This document shows positions 1 through 7,584 of a DNA stretch of 24,386 nt, one piece after another. Source of the stretch: Prasinococcaceae sp. CCMP 1430 (taxonomy: Eukaryota; Plantae; Prasinodermophyta); assembly GCA_013416795.1 (NCBI GenBank), contig RQSC01000015.1:580462-604847 (forward strand), read 5' to 3'. Positions within the stretch are counted from its first letter, which is position 1. Each line of letters begins with the position of its first letter. Under the pieces are notes generated by a model, which was given only the letters and a program-made list of their open reading frames with translations, was not told the origin of the DNA and made no database searches. A program made the translations under genes and the position numbers.

Positions 1-63
1 CAGGTCGGCGGCGCACGACGCTCGCGCGGCCGCGAGCGCCGCCGCGAGGTCGGGCGCCGCCAT
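1..63 (-). CDS. 5' end of a probable SMN-like gene copy running off the left edge (MAAPDLAAALAAARASCAADL...)
   Basis: ATG at 63-61. Nt 1-17 (caggtcggcggcgcacg) are identical to 5267-5283, where the same frame continues into the YG-box gene. The L-x-x-A-L-x-x-A helix loosely resembles the SMN Gemin2-binding helix. Confidence 0.4.
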   Translation of the reverse strand, partial: MAAPDLAAALAAARASCAADL

Positions 64-115
64 CGCCGTGGGGCACCGCGCTGCACAGCACCCCTCGGCG
101 CTGCGGCAGGTGTGG

Positions 116-132
116 CACACACACACACACAC

Positions 133-169
<37 letters not shown>

Positions 170-190
170 GTGTGACACACACGCACACAA
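116..190. repeat. (CA)n microsatellite
   Basis: Long, nearly pure CA run with a few interruptions. Confidence 0.95.
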
Positions 191-719
191 CACTGTTCGA
201 GTGGCGCCCGTGGTTTATCATGATATAAAATTACATTGAGTACATTGGTACTGAGGGACGCGATGGAGGGGGTGTTTACGCACGGCGCTGCTGCGGCGCT
301 GCGTGCCACACAGCGCCCCCCCCTCGCGCGGCGCGGGCGCCGCGGCAGCCCCGGCCTCGGCCATCGCCGCCGCCATCTCCCCAGGCCGGCTCCCCCCCTA
401 CGCGCCTCGCGGGGTGTGGCTCCAGCGAGGCCCTGTGCAGAGGGTACGTGTGCGTGTGTGTGCTGAGGGGGGTGGTCTGCAAGGCTTGGCCTGCTGGGAA
501 TTTTCCGGTTTTAGGGATTGAAATCCACCACACCAGAAAATCACAACGCACCTCATGTGGCGTAAAACACACCATACAGAATTAATCCATCACACATTTC
601 ACGTACATCTTTCCGCAAACCCTACGCAAACGACGGCAACGAATTGGGGGGTGGCTTTTTGCCTGCGGCGGCGGCACACGTGGCTGGTGAGGGCAACTCG
701 AAAAAGTGCACGCCGGCCG

Positions 720-829
720 AAAAAAGAATAAAAGAAAAAAGAAAAAGAAAAAAGAAGGAGTTGTTGACATTAAAAAAAGGAAAAGAAAAGAAAAAGAAAA
801 AAGAAAAAGAAGGGGTTGTTGGCATTTAA
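720..829 (+). repeat. Two tandem A-rich units of about 55 nt (A4-6G runs ending in gttgttg(a/g)catt)
   Basis: agaaggagttgttgacatt and agaaggggttgttggcatt, with gttgtt at 760 and 815. Confidence 0.85.
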
Positions 830-1262
830 TTTGGTGGCAGCCAAAAATTGCCGTGAGACAACGGAGTGGGAGCGCGCGCCGGCTATGCTCGCGGGTCTCG
901 AGGCTGCTCTGCTGCCCGCACGTGGGTGTGGGTGGGTGTGGGAAGGGGGTGTGGGGGAGCTGAGCGTGCGTAGTGTTGTGGCTGTGGTGGTGGTGGTGGT
1001 GGTGGTGCCAGTCAGTCGGCGTGTGGCGCGCGAGGCTGAGCCGCTGAGGTCTGGCGTGCTTGTGCGGTTGTGCTGCTTGTGGGACGCGCCCTTGACAGCC
1101 GCGCGAAATACCGCTGCACTGTCGACAGAGGGTCCTGCTGGGACCGAGAGCCCCTGCAACTGCCAGTGGCGCTCAGGCGCGTGCTGTCACTGTCGAGCGG
1201 GAGTCAGTGCTGCGCTGGCCGGCGCCGTCACAAGCGCGCGCTCTCGCGCCGCCGGCCTCATC

Positions 1263-4193
1263 ATGGTGTGCCGTTCGCTGTACGTGCTGCTGCTGTGGAG
1301 CTGGTACCGCCGCAAGGCGTGGGCGGAGGAGCACGGAGGGAGGGTACCGGTTGGGGTCTTTGGAGGTGGCGAGCTCAAGAATGAACCCGACCTGATGCCG
1401 AAAGAGCTCACGTGCCTAGAGAGCTGGGGGAGGTGGTTCTGTTGCTGTGGCAGGGGCTTCTTATTCAACCTCTTGGCGGGGCTGTGCAACGCCATGCGCG
1501 AGGGTGCACGCACATGGTGCGGCACGCAGTGCGACTACTGCTGGGGGTTCTGCGCCGGGCAGCAGAAGGAGCGAGAAATCTTGAACAACTTCATAGAGGC
1601 GGAAACCGAGAAGCGTATATGCCAGCAGTCAGAGCAGTGGTCCCGGCCTATAAAGCCCGGGTTTTACTTCGCCGATTCCGCTGCACGCAACGCGGAGGTG
1701 TGCGACTTGAACAAGTACTACGACATTGAGCCTGACGTTGGACGTGGGAAGAAGCTGTGGCGCTGGCCGCTCTCGGGCGAAACGGAGGCGCAGAAGACGG
1801 TGAATACTGTACGCAAGGACATCGAAGCCCAGTGTGATGAGGCGCAGGTGCTTGCCGGTATCATCAAACGCGCCAGCGGCGGAAACGAGTCCGGTCCAGC
1901 GTCACGCGAGCAACTGGACAATCTCGAGCAGGCGTGCAAGCGTGCTCAATTGTTGCCAGATCCCACTGTAGGCCCGAGGGTCTGGCACATGAAACCACCG
2001 ACTTCGGAGCTCGACTCCATCAAGCAGGCCACTGCAGAGGTCAAGGGTCCCACCAGCAAGACTCTTCCACCAGCGTCACAATTGATAGCGGACGAGCTGT
2101 CTCGTCGTCTCACGTGGAGCGCCTTGTACGTTTCGGTAGCCGCCGACATCGACCTTGCTCTCGACTGGGTATTTTTCTCGCAGTTAGTGAGACGCAGTCG
2201 CGATTCCAGCAAAGCCACATTCGATCCTGACGAGGCCGTTGAATTCTGTGACAACCTGTCGACGTGGACCGTGTCCAACGTAGGTACTGTGACGGGATTT
2301 TGCGACGATTTGCAGGGCGACTTCATCCCATCGCGATTCATGATCGTTGCGGCGGTCTTCGCTGCGCTGGGCACCGTGCTGTGGGCGTTTGCGGCGTTCG
2401 ATCTTGTAGCTTGGGGACTGGATTACATATCACTCGGTCTCTTCAATAGAGCCCCCTCTCCGGATTTGTATCCCTCGCGTGGAGTCGTGCTCTTGCTCAA
2501 CCTGGCGCTGGAGGACGTGCCCCAAATCGTCATCTCATCAGTGGTGACGGCGGCGTATGATGGCGGGGGCGACGCCATCTCCTCGCTGGCGCTCGCGAAC
2601 ATCGTCACGTCCGTCTACTCGCTGCTCTTCAAAGTCATGGCGACGCTTGAGTCTTCGACGGGCGAATACACAATCCCTGCGATGATCAGCGTGGCGCCCC
2701 TTGCGAGAACCGAGATGGAGGATCGGCGGCGTGCGAGAGAGGCCTCCTCGCGGACGGCGCGCGAGTTCGCGGTTGCCGCCGCCAACCAGATGCGCCTGCT
2801 GCAGGGCATCTTCGACAAGGACGAGCTGGAATTGGACGCGTGGTCTGACGTTCCGCCTGCTGATACGATGCGAGGGGGCGCGTGGAGACGCCAGCTGCGG
2901 GATGCCAATACGATTCAAAGGTTACGTATACGGACATTGAGAGGGGAGGCTGAGGTCAGAGACGTATTTGGGGTGCTGAATCTCGCAAACTCATCGATCG
3001 TCACTCTTGATCTCGCCGGTCCGTCCTCAAGTGAGGACACCGCTATCGACAAGCCGGGCATCTTGGAGCTCGCCAAGGCGCTTGAGACGAACAGCGCTCT
3101 CAAAACGCTTGTTTTGGACAACAATTCCATCGACGACGCCGGCGCGATGGCACTCGCCAAGGCGCTTGAGACGAACAGCGCTCTCACGGGGCTTCGCCTT
3201 CGCGGCAATTCCATTGGCGACGTCGGCATGCAGGCGCTCGTTGAGGCGCTCGTCAAGGCGCTCGAAAAGAAAAATGCGCGGACGATACTTTGCACACTAC
3301 AGACTATCGCCGATGTGCTCGAAACGAACAATACGCTTATGAAGCTCGACCTCAACGACAGGCGCATCGGCGACGCCGGCGCACAGGCGCTCGCCGAGGC
3401 GCTCAAGACGAACAAAGCGCTCACGACGCTTTCCCTGTCCTTCAATTCCATCGGCGACGCCGGCGCCCAGGCGCTCGCCCTGGTGCTCAAGACGAACGAC
3501 GCGCTCACGACGCTTTACCTGTCCAACAATTCCATCGGCGACGCCGGCGCCCAGGCGCTCGCCGAGGCGCTTAAGACGAACGACGCGCTCAAGACGCTTT
3601 GGCTGTCCTTGAATTCCATCGGCGACGCCGGCGCCCAGGCGCTCGCCGAGGCGCTCAAGACGAACGGCGCGCTCACGAGGCTTTACCTGTCCTTCAATTC
3701 CATCGGCGACGCCGGCGCACAGGCGCTCGCCGTGGCGCTCAAGACGAACGGCGCGCTCACGACGCTTCACCTGTGGGACAATTCCATCGGCGACGCCGGC
3801 GCACAGGCGCTCGCCGAGGCGCTCCAGACGAACGAAGCGCTCACGACGCTTCGGCTGTCCTACAATTCCATCGGCGACGCCGGCGCACAGGCGCTCGCCG
3901 AGGCGCTCAAGACGAACGAAGCGCTCACGGAGCTTTACCTGTCCGACAATTCTATCGGCGACGCCGGCGCACAGGCGCTCGCCGTGGCGCTCAAGACAAA
4001 CAAAGCGCTCACGACGCTTTACCTGTCCTTCAATTCCATCGGCGACGCCGGCGCACGGGCGCTCGCCGAGGCGCTCAAGACGAACGGCGCGCTCACGGAG
4101 CTTTACCTACGCGGCAATTCTATCGGCGACGCCGGCGCACAGGCGCTCGATGAGGCAGAAAGGGCGCGCAGATACCTGACGATCTTTAGATAA
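1263..4193 (+). CDS. Multi-pass membrane protein (XK-related-like TM bundle) with C-terminal RI-like/NLRC3-type 28-aa leucine-rich repeats
   Basis: Uninterrupted ORF open from 816, with the first plausible ATG at 1263. There are about four hydrophobic helices at about 2110-2640, including D-x-x-x-D in the first and LEDVPQ. At least 11 repeats of GAQALAEALKTNxALxxLxLxxNSIGDA follow. The start is uncertain. Confidence 0.85.
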   Translation: MVCRSLYVLLLWSWYRRKAWAEEHGGRVPVGVFGGGELKNEPDLMPKELTCLESWGRWFCCCGRGFLFNLLAGLCNAMREGARTWCGTQCDYCWGFCAGQQKEREILNNFIEAETEKRICQQSEQWSRPIKPGFYFADSAARNAEVCDLNKYYDIEPDVGRGKKLWRWPLSGETEAQKTVNTVRKDIEAQCDEAQVLAGIIKRASGGNESGPASREQLDNLEQACKRAQLLPDPTVGPRVWHMKPPTSELDSIKQATAEVKGPTSKTLPPASQLIADELSRRLTWSALYVSVAADIDLALDWVFFSQLVRRSRDSSKATFDPDEAVEFCDNLSTWTVSNVGTVTGFCDDLQGDFIPSRFMIVAAVFAALGTVLWAFAAFDLVAWGLDYISLGLFNRAPSPDLYPSRGVVLLLNLALEDVPQIVISSVVTAAYDGGGDAISSLALANIVTSVYSLLFKVMATLESSTGEYTIPAMISVAPLARTEMEDRRRAREASSRTAREFAVAAANQMRLLQGIFDKDELELDAWSDVPPADTMRGGAWRRQLRDANTIQRLRIRTLRGEAEVRDVFGVLNLANSSIVTLDLAGPSSSEDTAIDKPGILELAKALETNSALKTLVLDNNSIDDAGAMALAKALETNSALTGLRLRGNSIGDVGMQALVEALVKALEKKNARTILCTLQTIADVLETNNTLMKLDLNDRRIGDAGAQALAEALKTNKALTTLSLSFNSIGDAGAQALALVLKTNDALTTLYLSNNSIGDAGAQALAEALKTNDALKTLWLSLNSIGDAGAQALAEALKTNGALTRLYLSFNSIGDAGAQALAVALKTNGALTTLHLWDNSIGDAGAQALAEALQTNEALTTLRLSYNSIGDAGAQALAEALKTNEALTELYLSDNSIGDAGAQALAVALKTNKALTTLYLSFNSIGDAGARALAEALKTNGALTELYLRGNSIGDAGAQALDEAERARRYLTIFR
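3378..4150 (+). repeat. Nine complete 84-nt tandem LRR-coding repeats plus a partial tenth
   Basis: Units start at 3378, 3462, 3546, 3630, 3714, 3798, 3882, 3966, 4050 and 4134. The core aattc(c/t)atcggcgacgccggcgc(a/c)caggcgctc is nearly invariant. Confidence 0.97.
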
Positions 4194-4234
4194 AAAGGCA
4201 GCACGAGGTTCTGAATGACGCGATGCGACGTCGT

Positions 4235-4309
4235 CTACGCACGCTCGCATGAGCGCTCAGAAGCTACGTACTGCGCGGCGTAGTAGTAGCCCGTGTAGTA
4301 CCAAGACAT
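4235..4309 (-). other. Second, diverged SMN YG-box copy (MSWYYTGYYYAAQYVASERSCERA*): micro-ORF or decayed duplicate
   Basis: Aligns to the 4555-4515 copy with synonymous changes and an in-frame TAC insertion. No AG splice acceptor lies directly upstream. Confidence 0.55.
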
Positions 4310-4460
4310 TATGTGTGTACACGCACGCACGTGTGTGCGCGCGTGCGGGTGCGTGCATGTGCACGCGGGCGCGTGTGTGTATGGTGTGCGCGTCTGCGTG
4401 TGCGTCTGTGTGCGCATGTGTGTACGTGTGTGTGTGCGCGTGCGCAGCCGTGCGTGTATG
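4310..4460. repeat. Degenerate TG/CG microsatellite
   Basis: Mixed gtgt/gcgt runs. Confidence 0.85.
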
Positions 4461-4468
4461 TGCGCGCT

Positions 4469-5127
4469 TCACAGCCCCGCCCCCTCACCCCCGCCACCCC
4501 CAACCCCCCTCTGCGCGTACTGCGCGGTGTAGTACCCCGCGTAGTACCACGACATTGCCACGGCCGCCAGCGCCTCGTCGGAGGTCAAGGCGCTCATCGA
4601 GCAGTCGGGTACCGAAGTCGCCGGCGGCTCCAAGCTGGTGGCCGAAGCGGCCGGCAAGCTCGGTGCCATGCTCGAGGGGGCGCGCAAGAACTACGAGTTG
4701 CTCCAGGGCATCGCCCGCGAGAGCCGCGAGCAAGCCTCGGCCATCGACGAGGTCAATGTCGCGGTCCGCAGCCTCGACGAGATGACCCAGCACAATGCCG
4801 CGCTGGTGGAACAGACCAATGCCGCCATCGAGCAGACCGAGGGCCAGGCGTCCGAGCTCGACAAAATCGTCGAAGTCTTCCGCGTCGCCGACGCCAACAA
4901 GGCCACACGTGCTCACGCCGCTCCCGTCGCGCGGCCCAAAGCTCCGCCGGCAACGGCCAGGGCCTTGCGGCGGCGGCGGCAGCGCGCCCTGCGCGGCGTG
5001 CGTGCGAGCGCGCGTGTGCGTGCGCGTGTGTGAGCGCGTGCGCGTGTGTGAGCGTGTGAGTGCGTGTGCGTACGCATGTGCATGAGTGTGTGTGTGCGTG
5101 TGTGTGGGTGTGCATGGGTGTGTGTGC

Positions 5128-5161
<34 letters not shown>

Positions 5162-5283
5162 ATGCACGCGTGTGTGCGTCCTTGCGCGCCTCAGCGCACG
5201 CACCTGCGCGCCCCCGCCCGCAGTCCGCTCCCACGGCGGCACCGCGGCGCCGTCCGCGGGCCGCTCCAGGTCGGCGGCGCACG
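4469..5283 (-). CDS. SMN: Survival motor neuron (SMN)-like protein, short Tudor-less type. It is 5'-truncated by the gap and interrupted by foreign sequence. Putative exons are 5283-5204, 4988-~4969 and ~4579-4469.
   Basis: [20 protein letters not shown] matches the SMN YG box (fission-yeast Smn has [11 protein letters not shown]) and is preceded by a PPPP tract. A GT-AG intron at 5203-4989 (cag|gtgcgt ... cgcag|) is in phase 0. Confidence 0.75.
4561..4968 (+). pseudogene. Fragment of a bacterial methyl-accepting chemotaxis protein (C-terminal signalling/methylation helices), alphaproteobacterial (Devosia-like) type
   Basis: [29 protein letters not shown]...[52 protein letters not shown] is the canonical MCP C-terminal motif. 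It has no start codon of its own and lacks the hairpin tip. It may be an assembly chimera. Confidence 0.9.
4995..5180. repeat. (TG)n-rich microsatellite inside the SMN intron
   Basis: Long tg runs, pure at about 5129-5160. Confidence 0.9.
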
Positions 5284-5374
5284 NNNNNNNNNNNNNNNNN
5301 NNNNNNNNNNNNNNNNNNNNNNNNNNNNNNNNNNNNNNNNNNNNNNNNNNNNNNNNNNNNNNNNNNNNNNNNNN
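5284..5374. other. Scaffold gap (91 N)
   Basis: Run of N. Confidence 1.
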
Positions 5375-5375
5375 G

Positions 5376-6694
5376 GCGGAGGCGCCCGGCGTCGACGTGG
5401 TGCTCGCGGGCGTGCGGCTCGGGCGCCGGAGGGGCGAGAGGTGCGCGAGGCGCCGCGGCGCTCGGCTACGCTCCGCCGCCGCCGCGTGCTGACGGCCTTG
5501 CCCTCCCCATTGTCTCTCAGCGATGGCACCGACGTCGGCGGCATGCGCCGGCGTCGCGCCTTCGCGCTGCTCTCCTGTGGCACGGTGCTCTTCGTGGCGG
5601 CGTACCTCTTGCTGCAGGAGGCCGCCATCCGCCGAGCGAAGGCCGCCGGGGCGCCGCTGTCGCCCGCGTGGCTTACGCTGGTAAACGAGGGCGTGTACGC
5701 GCTGCTCGCGGCGTGCGAGTGCGCGCTCGTGGGCGCGGGCCCACGTGGAGACAGGCGCGCGAGAGGGGCGCGCCTGCCGAAGTGGCGGGGCGCCTACGGC
5801 GTGCTGGCGCTCGTCGTCTTTAGCGCCATGTGGTGCACCAACGCCTCGCTGGCGCACGTTGACTTCGCCACGCGCCTCGTGGCCAAGTCTGCCAAGGTGG
5901 TGCCAGTGATGGCCATCTCGCGCGCGCTGCTCGGCAAGCGCTACAGCCCCGCCGAGTACGCAGCAGCGCTCGTCCTCGCCGCCGGCGTGGCGCTCTTCAG
6001 CCTGGGCGACGCCATGGTCAACCCGGAGTGGCACATCACGGGCATGGCGCTGCTCGCGGCGGCGGTGGCACTCGACGCGCTCACCACCACCATCGCCGAA
6101 CGATACGTCTTCAAGGTAGGGAAACGAGCGCCAGCGGCGTGCACGCGCACACGCACGCGTAGCAAACACGCGCACAGATGCATGCACGCGCACGCACGCA
6201 CTAGCACACCAACACACCGCCGCCGTCGCTGACCACGGCCGCCGCCGCCGCCGCCTCCCGAGCAGTCCAAGGCGGGCGCGGCGACGCACCCGGAGATGAT
6301 CGTGTGGACGAGCGGCCTGGCGACCGTGCTGGCGTCGCTGTCGCTGTGCGTCGACGGCACGCTCGCCTCCGAGCTGGCATGCGGCGTGGGCAGCCGCGGG
6401 TGCGCAAGCAGCGGAGCCGGCGCGCACGCGCGCGCCACCGCGCAGCTCGTCGCGGCCTCCGCGAGCGGCTATCTGGGCCTTAGCTGCGTGCTGCAGCTGG
6501 TGAAACACTTCGGCGCCACCGAGGCGGAGATCGTCAAGGCCTGCCGCAAGGTCTTCAGCGTGGGCCTCAGCTACGCCTGCTTCGGCAAGCCCTTCGCGCC
6601 GCCCGCCGCGCTCGGCCTGCTGCTCGTGCTCGCGGCGCTCTGCGCCACGCACCACGCGCGCAGGCGACGAGCGGCGCGGACGGCCCGCCTCTAA
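5376..6694 (+). CDS. SLC35B3: SLC35B3/PAPST2-like nucleotide-sugar/PAPS transporter (UAA family), 5'-partial. Exons <5376-5440, 5521-6115, 6266-6694.
   Basis: Colinear motifs VDVVLAGVRL, LLQE, WLTLV, TNASL, AKSAKVVPVM, GKRY, ALDAL, GYLGLSCVLQLVKHFGA, CRKVFSV and FGKPF match SLC35B3. Both introns are GT-AG with gctgac branch sites and preserve the frame. Confidence 0.88.
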
Positions 6695-6850
6695 AGACCT
6701 CCACTCCCCTGCTAATAACGAGCGCAGCCCCGCGCTGGCGGCCGTGAGGCGGGAGCGTGTGCACGCGTGCGTGCGTACGTCTCTCACGCACCGCCCGGAC
6801 ACACACACGCCTCGAGACCGGCTCGACCGTAATGAACCCTTTATGATAAT

Positions 6851-6873
6851 ACCCTAAACCCAAACCCTAACCC
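6851..6873 (-). repeat. Short interstitial telomere-like / telo-box motif (TTAGGG/TTTAGGG variants)
   Basis: accctaaacccaaaccctaaccc, containing AAACCCTAA at 6862-6870. Confidence 0.7.
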
Positions 6874-6960
6874 CCACGCGCGAACCGCTGGCTCTGCCCT
6901 GCACGGAACGGTGCCAGAAAAAAAAAGGACTGAAAGTGGAAGCCCGCAAAATGATAGGGA

Positions 6961-7264
6961 AACCTCCCGACTCCGTCGCGGAATGTGGGAGGAGCGTCCC
7001 AAAAGTCTATCATTTCTGCGGTAAATCTCCCGACTCCGTCGCGGAATGTGGGAGGAGCGTCCCAAAAGTCTGTCATTTCTGCTGTGAATCTCCCGACTCC
7101 TTCACCGAATGTGGGAGGAGTGTCCAAAAAGTCTATCATTTCTGTCTCCCGACTCCTTCACCGAATGTGGGAGGAGCGTCCAAAAAGTCTATCATTTCTG
7201 GGGTAAATCTCCCGACTCCTTCACCGAATGTGGGAGGAGCGTCCAAAAAGTCCATCATTTCTGG
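6961..7264. repeat. 63-bp minisatellite, 5 units, with internal imperfect palindrome
   Basis: ctcccga recurs at 6964, 7027, 7090, 7146 and 7209 (periods 63, 63, 56, 63). Each unit has ctccc...gggag arms. Confidence 0.95.
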
Positions 7265-7584
7265 CCTAAGACGGCCGACTCAGCGCTTTATTTTTTTGAA
7301 AGTGGGCGGGTGGGTACGCGCGAGCGCCGGCGGCCGCCCCGCCGCGGTGTGCGGCGCGCCACACGGGGCGCGNTCCGGCACGATGGAGGGCGGCTTCGAG
7401 TTCGTTCGCGGGAGCAACGACGCTCCGTTGGGGGCGCCCTTCGAAGCCACGTGCGCGAGGGCCCACTCGACCGCTCGGCCTCCGCACACGGGCACTCGAG
7501 GCTCGCGCCAACTGACCCCCGCCCCGCGCTCTGCCCGCCCGCGCGCTCCCATTCGGCGCCGCGCCCGCGCGCGCCCCACGCCAG

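Noticed and set aside
263-444. Possible plus-strand first exon (ATG 263, donor-like gtacgt near 445)
   Set aside because: It has no recognisable homology and no assignable downstream exon, so it is too weak to annotate.
816-1262. N-terminal 149 codons of the 1125-aa ORF as real protein
   Set aside because: It starts at a TTG and runs through TG-rich low-complexity sequence including (GTG)n. It is probably UTR or intron, although an upstream exon is not excluded.
3378-4150. Diversity-generating retroelement-type (adenine-specific) mutagenesis of LRR codons
   Set aside because: One variable site (aac/ttc/gac/tac/ggc) looks A-directed, but ttg and the tcc/tgg/cgg site do not fit. The constant third-position C is explained by GC3 bias. 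No reverse transcriptase or template repeat is in the window.
4561-4968. Functional eukaryotic chemotaxis gene
   Set aside because: It is only a C-terminal fragment with no start, sensor domain or hairpin tip, and no che genes are nearby.
4485-5282. 265-aa minus-strand ORF and other long overlapping ORFs (e.g. 4913-6808, 8674-10092, 10108-11490, 22819-23883)
   Set aside because: These are antisense or alternate-frame shadows of GC-rich genes or read-throughs of microsatellites, with no domain motifs.
6851-6873. True chromosome end or telomere
   Set aside because: Only about three degenerate units are present, with genes continuing on both sides.
6961-7264. CRISPR array
   Set aside because: The units are contiguous near-identical repeats with no unique spacers. 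There are no cas genes and the context is eukaryotic.
6936-7450. Minisatellite-encoded N-terminus of the bromodomain protein
   Set aside because: The open frame arises from the 63-bp period. The composition is non-coding-like and an N at 7373 breaks continuity.
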